Made by a program: the position numbers and the translations under genes. DNA of 64,000 bases from Acutalibacteraceae bacterium (GTDB lineage: Bacteria; Bacillota; Clostridia; Oscillospirales; Acutalibacteraceae), in assembly GCA_045579085.1 (NCBI GenBank), contig JAZNLO010000010.1:12163-76162 (forward strand), read 5' to 3'. The notes beneath the pieces are model-generated. The model ran no database searches. It saw only the letters and a program-made list of their open reading frames with translations, and had not been told where the DNA came from. Positions 9,117-17,415 of the stretch are shown piece after piece (within the stretch, counting starts at the first letter, position 1; each line of letters opens with the position of its first letter).

Positions 9117-10826
9117 ATGGATTATATGAAGCTTTATAACTTGTGGCTTGACAAGGCAAACGACGCTGCGATAAAAGCAGAACTGGATGCTGTATCGGGT
9201 GATGCGGATGCAATACAAGACAGATTTTATAAAGATTTAGAGTTTGGCACAGCAGGCTTAAGAGGAGTTATCGGTGCGGGCACAAACCGTATGAATATTT
9301 ATACTGTCGGCCGAGCTTCACAGGGCTTTTCCGATTATATCAATTCAATATGCGATAAGCCCAGCGTAGCAATCGGTTATGACAGCCGTATAAACTCTGA
9401 TTTGTTCAGCCGTACAGCAGCTTGTGTTTTTGCAGCAAACGGCATCAAGGTATGGCTCTATCCTGAACTTGCTCCAACACCGATGGTATCCTTTGCAATC
9501 AGATATTATAAGTGCGCAGGCGGCGTAGTTGTTACCGCAAGCCATAACCCTGCTGAGTATAACGGCTATAAAGCGTACGACGCTGACGGTTGCCAGCTTA
9601 GCGGCGATGCAAGTATGAAGGTAACTGAGGCTGTCGAGAGTGTGGACATTTTCGACGGAGTTAAAAAGCTTGATTATGATGAGGCGATAAAATCAGGAAT
9701 GATTGAGCTTATCGGCGATGATTGCTATGAGGACTATTATAAGAACGTAATCAGCCAGTCGGTAAACCCCGACGTGTTTTCAAAAGCTGGACTCAAGGTT
9801 ATATACACTCCCATTCACGGAACAGGCAACCGTCCTGTTCGTGAGGTGTTAAAGCGCGTTGGCGTTTCAGACGTTGTTGTTGTAAAAGAGCAGGAAACAC
9901 CTGATGGCAACTTCCCCACAGCGCCCTATCCCAACCCTGAGATACGTCAGCCGTTTGAGTGTGCGTTAAAGATGGCTAAGGATGTGCAGCCCGACTTGTT
10001 GCTCGGCACCGACCCTGATGCAGACCGTGTTGGCATAGCAATCCGTGACGGAGAGGATTACAGATTGCTTACAGGCAATGAGGTTGGCGCAATGCTGATT
10101 AACTATATCCTTTCTCAGCGTGTAGAAAAGGGCACCTTGCCTGAGAATGCGGTTGCTGTTAAGTCGATAGTATCAACCTCAATCTGCGATAAGATAGCGG
10201 CAGATTATGGTTGCGAGATGAGGAACGTACTGACAGGCTTTAAATATATCGGCGAGCAGATTGCAATTCTTGAGGCTGCAAACGAGTCTGATAGATATGT
10301 GTTTGGCTTTGAGGAAAGCTACGGATATCTCGTAGGCACCTATGTAAGAGATAAGGATGCTGTTGTTGCATCAATGATGATATGCGAGATGGCGTCTTAC
10401 TATAAAACAAAGGGCTTAACGCTGATGCAGGTGCTTAATTCCATTTACGAGAAGTACGGCATCTATCTGCATAAAACTGTAAGCTATTCTTTCTCAGGAA
10501 TAACGGGAATGAATAAGATGGCAGAGATAATGTCAGAGCTTCGCACAAATGCGCCCGATGCAATCGGCGGCTATAAGGTGTTGTCGGTATCCGACTATAA
10601 AACCTCGCTTAAGACCGATGCTCAGACAGGCGAGTCAAGTGAAATAAAGCTGCCGAAAGCAGACGTAATAACATTTGAGCTTGAGAGCGGCAATTCAGTA
10701 ATAGTGCGCCCGTCAGGCACTGAGCCGAAGATAAAGGTTTATCTCACCGCAGTTGCACCAACAGATGCACAGGCACAGGCAATCAAGGATAAGCTTGCCG
10801 ACGATATGGCAAACAGACTTAAATAA
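9117..10826 (+). CDS. pgcA: alpha-phosphoglucomutase / phospho-sugar mutase
   Basis: The N-terminus [28 protein letters not shown] closely matches B. subtilis PgcA. The active-site serine loop [13 protein letters not shown] is present. Confidence 0.9.
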   Translation: MDYMKLYNLWLDKANDAAIKAELDAVSGDADAIQDRFYKDLEFGTAGLRGVIGAGTNRMNIYTVGRASQGFSDYINSICDKPSVAIGYDSRINSDLFSRTAACVFAANGIKVWLYPELAPTPMVSFAIRYYKCAGGVVVTASHNPAEYNGYKAYDADGCQLSGDASMKVTEAVESVDIFDGVKKLDYDEAIKSGMIELIGDDCYEDYYKNVISQSVNPDVFSKAGLKVIYTPIHGTGNRPVREVLKRVGVSDVVVVKEQETPDGNFPTAPYPNPEIRQPFECALKMAKDVQPDLLLGTDPDADRVGIAIRDGEDYRLLTGNEVGAMLINYILSQRVEKGTLPENAVAVKSIVSTSICDKIAADYGCEMRNVLTGFKYIGEQIAILEAANESDRYVFGFEESYGYLVGTYVRDKDAVVASMMICEMASYYKTKGLTLMQVLNSIYEKYGIYLHKTVSYSFSGITGMNKMAEIMSELRTNAPDAIGGYKVLSVSDYKTSLKTDAQTGESSEIKLPKADVITFELESGNSVIVRPSGTEPKIKVYLTAVAPTDAQAQAIKDKLADDMANRLK

Positions 10827-10832
10827 AACTAT

Positions 10833-10872
10833 AAGACCGAAGCGTTCAAAACAGTTTGAACACTTCGGTCTT
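10833..10872 (+). terminator. long hairpin terminator after pgcA
   Basis: aagaccgaag..ttcaaa acag tttgaa..cttcggtctt. The U-tract is weak (tattctt). Confidence 0.55.
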
Positions 10873-10876
10873 ATTC

Positions 10877-10905
10877 TTGACAGAGTGAGATTGTGGTTGT
10901 ATTAT
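10877..10905 (+). promoter_or_regulatory. sigma-A-type promoter for xpt
   Basis: TTGACA, 17-nt spacer, TATTAT. It lies about 30 nt upstream of the xpt ATG. Confidence 0.6.
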
Positions 10906-10935
10906 ATATCTATAAAGTTGAAAAGAGGAAAAGCA

Positions 10936-11511
10936 ATGGAAGCGTTAAAAAGAAAGATTGCAGCAGAGGGCAAAATCGGCGAGGGTAACGTATTAAAGGT
11001 TGATAGCTTTGTAAACCACCAGATTGACGTAAAGTTTATGTGCGAGGTTGGCAAGGAGTTCAAGCACCGCTTTTCCGATTGCGAGATAAACAAGATTTTA
11101 ACTATCGAGGCATCAGGAATAGGAATCGCGTGCATTGCGGCACAGTATTTTGATGTACCCGTAGTTTTTGCAAAAAAGAGCAAGAGCATCAATATAGCAG
11201 GCGACGTATACTCAGCAGAGGTTGAGTCATTCACGCATAAGAACACAAACACAATAATCGTGTCAAAGGACTTCCTCAAGGCAGGAGATAAGGTGCTGAT
11301 AATAGATGATTTTCTGGCAAAGGGAAGCGCACTGCAAGGGCTTATTAAGCTTATACGTGACGCAGGCGCAGAGGTTGTTGGCGCAGGAATCGTGATTGAA
11401 AAAGCGTTTCAGGGCGGACACGACCTTATCACATCAATGGGTGTGAGGGTAGAATCGCTTGCCAGAATTAAATCAATGAGCGTTGAAAACGGAGTCGAGT
11501 ACATAGACTAA
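10936..11511 (+). CDS. xpt: xanthine phosphoribosyltransferase
   Basis: ATG at 10936 follows AAAGAGGAAAAG. The 191-aa protein contains [12 protein letters not shown] and the PRPP loop [13 protein letters not shown]. The ORF-track start at 10753 overlaps pgcA and its terminator. Confidence 0.9.
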   Translation: MEALKRKIAAEGKIGEGNVLKVDSFVNHQIDVKFMCEVGKEFKHRFSDCEINKILTIEASGIGIACIAAQYFDVPVVFAKKSKSINIAGDVYSAEVESFTHKNTNTIIVSKDFLKAGDKVLIIDDFLAKGSALQGLIKLIRDAGAEVVGAGIVIEKAFQGGHDLITSMGVRVESLARIKSMSVENGVEYID

Positions 11512-11530
11512 ATAGAAGAATCAAAACAAA

Positions 11531-11556
11531 AAGCCTACCGAGTTTTCGGTAGGCTT
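11531..11556. terminator. bidirectional terminator between convergent xpt and murI
   Basis: aagcctaccga gttt tcggtaggctt, flanked by an A-run and T-rich sequence. Confidence 0.75.
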
Positions 11557-11559
11557 AAT

Positions 11560-12336
11560 TTAAATTTCCAGAATTTTCTTTATGCAGTCGACAACCTCTT
11601 TTGTTCCAAGCGTGTTTATTATCTCCACTGAGCCCCTCACATTAGAATCACTGAGCGTTGACCGCTCGGTAAGACGGCGCATCGTCTGACGTGCGGTGCC
11701 CTCACCGCCGTAGAAGATATCCACTTCCTTTTTAAAATTCTTGATAATCGCATCCTGAATCAACGGATAGTGCGTGCAACCCAAGACGATAGAATCAATT
11801 TTCTCGCGGTTGAGCGGCTCAAAGATGCGCTGCAGATAGTTGTTGATATTATCGCTGTCAAAATCGCCCGCCTCAATTAACTCCGCAAGACCGGGACAGG
11901 GCAGAGTGATAATGTTGGCAACGTCGGTATACTTGTGCAGCAAGGTCATAAACTTTTCTTGCTTGAGCGTGAGCGGGGTAGCCATCACGAGCACAACAGG
12001 ATTCTCTTTTGCCAAAGCCGCAGGCTTGATAGCGGGCTCAATGCCAATGATGGGGATTTCGGGATGCAACTGACGCAAGTGCTGACCTGCAGCGGCTGTA
12101 GCGGTGTTGCACGCGATAACCAAGCCCTTGATACCTCTTGCAATAAGCGCTTCGGCATTCATAGTGGTAAGGCTTCGCACCTCATCAACCGTCTTTGTGC
12201 CATAGGGAGCGTTTTTAGAATCGCCGAAATAGATATAGTTTTCATTCGGCATAATTTTAATCAGTTCTTTTAAAACAGTAGTACCGCCGATGCCTGAATC
12301 CATAACGGCAATCGGCATATTTTTAGAAACGGTCAT
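11560..12336 (-). CDS. murI: glutamate racemase
   Basis: Motifs VMDSGIGGTTV, VIACNTATA and LGCTHYP carry the two catalytic Cys residues. Confidence 0.9.
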   Translation of the reverse strand: MTVSKNMPIAVMDSGIGGTTVLKELIKIMPNENYIYFGDSKNAPYGTKTVDEVRSLTTMNAEALIARGIKGLVIACNTATAAAGQHLRQLHPEIPIIGIEPAIKPAALAKENPVVLVMATPLTLKQEKFMTLLHKYTDVANIITLPCPGLAELIEAGDFDSDNINNYLQRIFEPLNREKIDSIVLGCTHYPLIQDAIIKNFKKEVDIFYGGEGTARQTMRRLTERSTLSDSNVRGSVEIINTLGTKEVVDCIKKILEI

Positions 12337-12505
12337 AAAACCTACCTCAACAGAAAATTACTTGTAAATATATATTACCATATCCAAACAGAAATTTCAA
12401 TCGCACTTTGCTTAATAGGAGAGAGAAGATTTCAGTAAAATATTACTTGTGAAGTGTAAGCGGTTGGTGTATAATTACAGGGATTGGAAAGGAAGATGAA
12501 AGTTA

Positions 12506-13237
12506 ATGTCGCAAAACAAGAGCCCAAACTCATATCTGGCCGGATTAAAGGGTGGTCTGCCGATAGGACTGGGTTACCTGTCGGTATCGTTTGGGTTTGG
12601 CATATCTGTAATAAGTCAAGGGCTTGCAGAGATGTGGGCAGTTATAATATCAATGACCAACCTCACCTCAGCAGGACAGCTTGCAGGAGTTGGAGTAATA
12701 GTCGCATCGGGCACATTGGTAGAGATGGCGCTAAGTCAGCTTGTAATAAACATACGCTATTCGCTTATGGGAATCGCCCTCACGCAAAAGCTCGATAGTC
12801 GATATTCAACCTTGCATAGATTTATCACATCGTTTGGCATAACAGACGAAATATTTGCAGTTGCGGCATCACAGAAGGGCAAAATCGGGCCGAAGTATAT
12901 GTATGGACTTATAACGCTGCCTTATATATGCTGGACAATGGGCACAGTTGTTGGCGTGCTCGCAGGCAACGTGTTGCCTGCGTCGGTAACAGCAGCGCTC
13001 GGAATCGCGATTTATAGTATGTTTGTGGCGATTGTAGTGCCTGTTGCGAAAACGGATAAGGGCATACTTTTAACTGTGATTGTATCGTGCGCAATAAGCT
13101 GCATTTTGTATTACGTGCCCTTGTTCAAGGCGGTGTCTCAGGGATTTTCGATTATAATTTGCGCAGTCTTGGCATCTGTCATAGCGGCGGTTGTGATGCC
13201 TCTTAAACAGGACGAGGAGGGGCAGAGCAATGAGTAA
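12506..13237 (+). CDS. azlC: AzlC-family branched-chain amino acid exporter subunit
   Basis: Polytopic protein with GLKGGLPIGLGYLSVSFGFGI. It overlaps the azlD start by 8 nt. Confidence 0.8.
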   Translation: MSQNKSPNSYLAGLKGGLPIGLGYLSVSFGFGISVISQGLAEMWAVIISMTNLTSAGQLAGVGVIVASGTLVEMALSQLVINIRYSLMGIALTQKLDSRYSTLHRFITSFGITDEIFAVAASQKGKIGPKYMYGLITLPYICWTMGTVVGVLAGNVLPASVTAALGIAIYSMFVAIVVPVAKTDKGILLTVIVSCAISCILYYVPLFKAVSQGFSIIICAVLASVIAAVVMPLKQDEEGQSNE

Positions 13238-13553
13238 CTTTTACATAATCGCAAGCATAGCAGTAATGTCGCTTACAACGTATCTTGTAAGAATGGTGCC
13301 GTTTGTAGCGTTCAGAAAGCAGATAAAGTCAAGGTTTGTAAAAAGCCTGCTTTATTATATGCCGTACGCCGTTCTCGGAGCTATGACTATTCCGTATATC
13401 TTTTACTCCACAGGCAGTTTTGTAACTGCTTTGGTCGGATTTTCGGTGGGATTTTTATTGTCTTATTTCAATAAGTCGCTCATCACAGTTGCGGTGTCCG
13501 CCTGCATCGCCGCTTTTGCAACAGGATTAATAACTTTATACTTGCCGTTATAA
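13230..13553 (+). CDS. azlD: AzlD-family branched-chain amino acid transport protein
   Basis: 107-aa, 4-TM protein translationally coupled to azlC. Confidence 0.75.
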   Translation: MSNFYIIASIAVMSLTTYLVRMVPFVAFRKQIKSRFVKSLLYYMPYAVLGAMTIPYIFYSTGSFVTALVGFSVGFLLSYFNKSLITVAVSACIAAFATGLITLYLPL

Positions 13554-13557
13554 AAGC

Positions 13558-13586
13558 AAAACCGCCGAGCAATCGGCGGTTTTTTA
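13558..13586. repeat. copy 1 of a perfect 29-bp direct repeat; also the azlD/XRE bidirectional terminator hairpin
   Basis: aaaaccgccgagcaatcggcggtttttta. The stem ccgccga/tcggcgg has a gcaa loop. The sequence is identical to 14799-14827. Confidence 0.9.
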
Positions 13587-13787
13587 GTTATCTTCGGTAA
13601 ATTTTATTATGTCTTGAACTTTGCAATGCAAAATAGAGCAAAGGTCGTTTAGAGTAACTGTGCTAATGGGCTTATTGTGTTTAAGTCGGTCTAAAAGACT
13701 TCTGCTTATACCATATTGATTTATTAACTTGTATGTGGAAATGTTTTTTTGTTTAAGTGTTTTATAAAAAGGTTCGTAAGAAATCAT
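13584..13787 (-). CDS. XRE/Cro-C1-family helix-turn-helix transcriptional regulator (67 aa)
   Basis: HTH segment is ISTYKLINQYGISRSLLDRLKHNKPISTVTLNDLCSIL. The stop codon lies inside repeat copy 1. Confidence 0.8.
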   Translation of the reverse strand: MISYEPFYKTLKQKNISTYKLINQYGISRSLLDRLKHNKPISTVTLNDLCSILHCKVQDIIKFTEDN

Positions 13788-13815
13788 ATTTACACCCCAT
13801 TATTAAGATAAATTC

Positions 13816-13880
13816 TGCTCTTTATCTTGACAATGCTCTATAAAACGAGTATAATACCTTTGTGCTCTACAAACAGAGCA
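13816..13880. promoter_or_regulatory. candidate operator: four TGCTCT/AGAGCA half-sites around the cassette promoter
   Basis: TGCTCT occurs at 13816, 13834 and 13863. AGAGCA at 13875 forms a 6-6-6 palindrome with the 13863 site. Confidence 0.35.
13827..13855 (+). promoter_or_regulatory. sigma-A-type promoter for the lipoprotein / membrane protein pair
   Basis: TTGACA, 17-nt spacer, TATAAT (perfect consensus hexamers). Confidence 0.65.
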
Positions 13881-13898
13881 TAAAGGAGGAAATAAAAA

Positions 13899-14345
13899 AT
13901 GAAAAGAATGTTGGCAATATTGATGGCTTTAACACTTTTATTTGTGTTGACTGCTTGTGGTAGTGGGATGGACGATACCGTACATTCCTCATTAGATGAC
14001 GTCTCATCAACGTTTATTTTTGATGACGTAAGTGACAATTCTACGGAATTTAATAGTGATGAAGTGTTGTCAAATGTCACTTCAAATGATGACTGGCGAG
14101 ATTTCCTGAAAGAATATGAAGAATGGGTTGATAAATACATCGCTGTTGTAAAAAAATACAACGCAAATCCAACTGACTTGTCTATACTTACTGAATACAC
14201 CTCTTTGGTAACTGAACTTGCAGATTGGACCGAAAGAGCTGATGATGTTAGCGATAGTATAGCAGATATTGAGGATGCTGCAGAGTATTCAGCAGAGTTG
14301 ATGCGTATTGCAGCCAAATTAGCAGATGCAGCGGGGGATTTATAA
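13899..14345 (+). CDS. small acidic lipoprotein of unknown function
   Basis: AAAGGAGG RBS and lipobox LLFVLTAC-GS. An acidic, low-complexity linker precedes a helical C-terminal domain (KEYEEWVDKYIAVVKKYNANP). Confidence 0.75.
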   Translation: MKRMLAILMALTLLFVLTACGSGMDDTVHSSLDDVSSTFIFDDVSDNSTEFNSDEVLSNVTSNDDWRDFLKEYEEWVDKYIAVVKKYNANPTDLSILTEYTSLVTELADWTERADDVSDSIADIEDAAEYSAELMRIAAKLADAAGDL

Positions 14346-14346
14346 T

Positions 14347-14784
14347 ATGAGAAGTAAGACTTTATTGGTTTCAAATATATTTGCGACGGTTTGGACAGGA
14401 ATAATGCTTTATTTTGTTGTTGCTTTTTTTGAAAATGGTGGCGCTGAGTATTTTGTTTGGGCAAATCGTACCAATTATTTTTTAAATGATTTATTAGGTT
14501 CATTAGAAGAAGTAACTATGTTTACAACAATGCTTAACGCATTTTTTGTATTAATGTCTATACATACAGGATTATTTACACTTGCAACAATTTTTGGTTG
14601 GATTGGATACATTTGTAAGGGTGCAGGATTTGCACTATCGGCTGCAATATTATATCTAGTAGGAACATTACTTTGCCCAATTTTTATTTTGTCAGGTCTG
14701 CCTATTATTATTCTTGGTTTTGTTGGTCAAGCTTGTCAGAGAAAACTCAATAAAGCCATTAAAACAGCAGAAGTAATCGAATAA
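14347..14784 (+). CDS. 4-TM membrane protein of unknown function
   Basis: ATG at 14347 lies 1 nt after the lipoprotein stop. The 145-aa protein has four hydrophobic helices. Confidence 0.65.
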   Translation: MRSKTLLVSNIFATVWTGIMLYFVVAFFENGGAEYFVWANRTNYFLNDLLGSLEEVTMFTTMLNAFFVLMSIHTGLFTLATIFGWIGYICKGAGFALSAAILYLVGTLLCPIFILSGLPIIILGFVGQACQRKLNKAIKTAEVIE

Positions 14785-14798
14785 ATAATAAAAACAAA

Positions 14799-14827
14799 AA
14801 AACCGCCGAGCAATCGGCGGTTTTTTA
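14799..14827. repeat. copy 2 of the perfect 29-bp direct repeat; terminator hairpin between the cassette and the convergent C_GCAxxG gene
   Basis: Identical to 13558-13586. Confidence 0.9.
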
Positions 14828-14838
14828 CTACTATTTTT

Positions 14839-15294
14839 TTAATTCTTTTTTTGTGCGATTATTTCGTCAAGGATTTCGGCGGCGTCTGCGCACAAGTCAG
14901 CGCAGGGCCTTTTCTTATAATAACCGCTGTTGCGCTCGCTCGGTATATGCGAGTCAGACTTACCCTCGCCGCCCAGCAATTCTCTGCAGATGATTGAGCC
15001 GTTTCTCTCCTTGAACTTAGCAGCCATCTGCTGAATCAGGGCATAATGCTCAGCCTTTGCAGAGCGGTCGTTTACGTCACAGCTACCATAGAGCAGACCT
15101 GCCACCATAAACATACCGCTTACGGCGCCGCACACCTCACGCAGCCTACCCATACCACCGCCAAACGACGATGCAAGCATAAGAGCGGTTTTCTCGTCGA
15201 GCCCCGTAACGTCGGAGAACGCAAGCAGCACAGCCTGAGAGCAGTTATAACCGTTTAGGAACAGTTGCTTCGCTTTATCGGAATGTTTGCTCAT
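14839..15294 (-). CDS. C_GCAxxG_C_C-family putative redox-active protein
   Basis: Contains GYNCSQAVLLAF, CGAVSG and ICRELL...CADLC, the characteristic spaced cysteines. Confidence 0.8.
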   Translation of the reverse strand: MSKHSDKAKQLFLNGYNCSQAVLLAFSDVTGLDEKTALMLASSFGGGMGRLREVCGAVSGMFMVAGLLYGSCDVNDRSAKAEHYALIQQMAAKFKERNGSIICRELLGGEGKSDSHIPSERNSGYYKKRPCADLCADAAEILDEIIAQKKN

Positions 15295-16118
15295 TTCACA
15301 GCATCCTCGATAGCGTCACTAAGCTCGTCCAACCAATCGCCCTCAAACAGCTCGATAAGACCGCTGTCGCTGACTTTGGCAAGCTCGGGGTCGATGGGAA
15401 GCCTTGCGATGTTTTTAATGCCGTGCTTTGCGGCTATTTCCTCAAGGTGACTTTCTCCGTAAATTGAATGACACTTTTTGCAGTCGGGGCACTCAAAGTA
15501 TGACATATTCTCAACCAATCCAAGAACGGGAATATTCATCATCTTAGCCATATTCACAGCCTTCTCCACAATCATCGAAACGAGCTCTTGCGGAGAGGTG
15601 ACAACAACAATTCCCTTTATCGGAATAGACTGGAAAACAGTCAGCGGAACATCGCCTGTTCCGGGAGGCATATCAACAAACATAAAGTCAACATCGTTCC
15701 AGATGACGTCAGTCCAGAACTGCTTAACAGTGCCTGCAATGACAGGGCCTCTCCAGACAACAGGGTCGGTTTCGTTTTCTAACAAAAGGTTAACGGACAT
15801 AACTTGTATGCCTTTTTTGGTCTGTGCGGGAATAATGCCGATTTCACTGCCCTGAGCACGCTCAGTTATTCCGAAAGCCTTAGGGATAGACGGGCCTGTA
15901 ATATCCGCATCAAGAACGGCACTGCCGAGCCCTTTGCGCTGAGCCAAAACAGCCAGCATAGAGGTAACCATAGATTTACCAACGCCGCCTTTACCGCTGA
16001 CAACAGCGATAACATTTTTTATAGTGGACATCTGATGCGGCTGTTCAACAAGACTTTGTTTGGTGCGCTGACCGCAATCAGCAGTACAAGATTCACAGTT
16101 GTGAGTGCATTCGCTCAT
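15291..16118 (-). CDS. Mrp/NBP35/ApbC-family Fe-S cluster carrier ATPase
   Basis: Deviant Walker A is VVSGKGGVGKS. A Cys-rich N-terminus (CTHNCESCTADC) and a CPDCKKC motif are present. The preferred start is the ATG 9 nt after AAGGAG; the ORF track extends to 16145. Confidence 0.85.
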   Translation of the reverse strand: MSECTHNCESCTADCGQRTKQSLVEQPHQMSTIKNVIAVVSGKGGVGKSMVTSMLAVLAQRKGLGSAVLDADITGPSIPKAFGITERAQGSEIGIIPAQTKKGIQVMSVNLLLENETDPVVWRGPVIAGTVKQFWTDVIWNDVDFMFVDMPPGTGDVPLTVFQSIPIKGIVVVTSPQELVSMIVEKAVNMAKMMNIPVLGLVENMSYFECPDCKKCHSIYGESHLEEIAAKHGIKNIARLPIDPELAKVSDSGLIELFEGDWLDELSDAIEDAVK

Positions 16119-16218
16119 ATTTAACATCTCCTTTGATAATACCATTATATTTTATCACTATGTTTTCCCGTATTCAATAGTAAATTAAAAAATAGTTTTT
16201 CAAAGGTGTTGCCAATGC

Positions 16219-16247
16219 TTGCATATGAGGAGGGGTAGTGATATAAT
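16219..16247 (+). promoter_or_regulatory. sigma-A-type promoter for the G3E GTPase pair
   Basis: TTGCAT, 17-nt spacer, TATAAT, with TGn extended -10. Confidence 0.55.
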
Positions 16248-16293
16248 CAAGGATGTGTGAATTTTATTTGTCTGAATGGAGAAGTGAGAATTT

Positions 16294-17403
16294 ATGACAA
16301 AGATTGATATTTTTTCGGGCTTTTTAGGCGCAGGTAAAACCACGCTTATTAAAAAGCTTATAAAGGAAGCATATGTAGGCGAAAAGCTTGTTCTTATAGA
16401 AAACGAGTTCGGAGAAATCGGCATCGACGGCGGATTCTTGCAAAGCGCGGGGATTTCAGTCACAGAGATGAACTCGGGCTGTATTTGTTGCAGTCTGGTG
16501 GGCGACTTTGGAGAGGCGCTTAAAAAGGTGCTTGCAGAGTATTCGCCAGACCGTATCTTGATTGAGCCGTCAGGAGTTGGCAAGCTGAGCGACGTTATAC
16601 GCGCCGTTGAAAGCATTGACGATGACTCGATTGTGCTTAACAGCTTTACAACAGTTGTTGACGCTAAAAAGTGCAAAATGTATATGAAAAACTTTGGTGA
16701 GTTTTTCAATAATCAGATTGAGTTTGCAAACGCTATTATTATGAGCCATACCGACACTGTTGCAGAGGATAAGCTGCTCACTGCTGTGGAGCTTGTAAGG
16801 GAGCATAACAGCAAGGCTGCTATCGTAACAACGGCTTGGGACAAGCTTGACGGCGCAACGATACTTGCCGCGATGGAAAAGAAAAACTCGCTCGAAAGCG
16901 AGCTTAAGGAGCTCGAGGAGAGCGAGGTTTGCTCAACTTGCGGTCAACACCATCACCACGAGCATCACCATCATCACGACCACGACTGCGACTGCGGTTG
17001 TGACCACGAGCATCACCATCACCACGACCACGACTGCGACTGCGGTTGTGACCATGAGCATCACCATCATCACGACCATGACTGCGACTGCGGTTGTGAC
17101 CACGAGCATCACCATCATCACGCCGATGAGGTATTTGAGAGTTGGGGAGTGGAAACCGCACAGAAGTTTAATTACGAGAAGCTAAGCCAGTCGCTCAAGG
17201 AACTGGAAAACGAGCACGAGTACGGAATGATTTTGCGCGCAAAGGGAATCGTCGAGGGCGATAACGGCGAATGGCTGCATTTTGATTATGTGCCGGGCGA
17301 GAGTGACGTACGTAACGGCTCAGCATCGGTAATAGGCAGACTTTGCGTAATCGGCTCGAAGATGAATAAAGAAAAGATAGCAGAGCTTTTTTGCGTAAAA
17401 TAA
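16294..17403 (+). CDS. COG0523/CobW-family G3E GTPase metallochaperone with His/Cys-rich repeat insertion
   Basis: P-loop GFLGAGKTT and the CxCC metal motif GCICCS are present. The insertion is HHHHEHHHHHDHDCDCGCDH repeated. The C-terminal segment is CobW_C-like. Confidence 0.85.
   Translation: MTKIDIFSGFLGAGKTTLIKKLIKEAYVGEKLVLIENEFGEIGIDGGFLQSAGISVTEMNSGCICCSLVGDFGEALKKVLAEYSPDRILIEPSGVGKLSDVIRAVESIDDDSIVLNSFTTVVDAKKCKMYMKNFGEFFNNQIEFANAIIMSHTDTVAEDKLLTAVELVREHNSKAAIVTTAWDKLDGATILAAMEKKNSLESELKELEESEVCSTCGQHHHHEHHHHHDHDCDCGCDHEHHHHHDHDCDCGCDHEHHHHHDHDCDCGCDHEHHHHHADEVFESWGVETAQKFNYEKLSQSLKELENEHEYGMILRAKGIVEGDNGEWLHFDYVPGESDVRNGSASVIGRLCVIGSKMNKEKIAELFCVK
16960..17121 (+). repeat. 48-nt in-frame tandem repeat, 3.4 copies
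   Basis: Units are 16960-17007, 17008-17055, 17056-17103 and a partial unit at 17104-17121. Each encodes EHHHHHDHDCDCGCDH. The units differ only at synonymous C/T third positions. Confidence 0.95.
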
Positions 17404-17415
17404 GGAGAAACAAGT

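Noticed and set aside
10827-10935. Purine (guanine/xanthine) riboswitch expected upstream of xpt
   Set aside because: Only about 109 nt separate pgcA from xpt. That space is filled by a terminator hairpin and a promoter, leaving a leader of about 30 nt. There is no room for the three-way junction aptamer plus an expression platform.
12484-12798. 104-aa plus-strand ORF overlapping the start of azlC in another frame
   Set aside because: Its translation is Arg/Cys/Trp-rich with no TM or domain logic. The 12506 frame gives a full-length AzlC-like polytopic protein.
13838-14503. 221-aa ORF on the minus strand spanning the lipoprotein and membrane-protein genes
   Set aside because: It is antisense to two genes that have an RBS, a lipobox and TM logic. 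Its translation is Ser/Ala-rich low complexity, produced by reading the acidic GAT/GAA-rich region backwards. No RBS was seen.
13558-14827. Calling the repeat-flanked cassette a mobile element
   Set aside because: There is no transposase, integrase or recombinase, no terminal inverted repeats and no tRNA target. It is reported as a repeat-bounded insertion candidate only.
16146-16293. Zur/Fur-type operator in the divergent region of the metallochaperone genes
   Set aside because: I looked for an AT-rich 7-1-7 or 9-1-9 palindrome of the TAAATCGTAAT-N-ATTACGATTTA type overlapping the promoter and found none. Absence by eye is weak evidence, so I did not call a site.
16960-17121. Possible CRISPR-like or minisatellite array
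   Set aside because: The repeats are directly abutting with no spacers. They are in frame, encode a coherent metal-binding peptide and differ only synonymously. This is a coding tandem repeat, not a CRISPR array.
16847-17185. Three alternative-frame or antisense ORFs over the His-rich region (16847-17185 +, 16904-17161 -, 16933-17121 -)
   Set aside because: They are artefacts of the 48-nt tandem repeat, which keeps all frames open. Their translations are repetitive (TTATAVVT…, RSRSRGRDDGDA…). They lie wholly inside a well-supported COG0523 gene.
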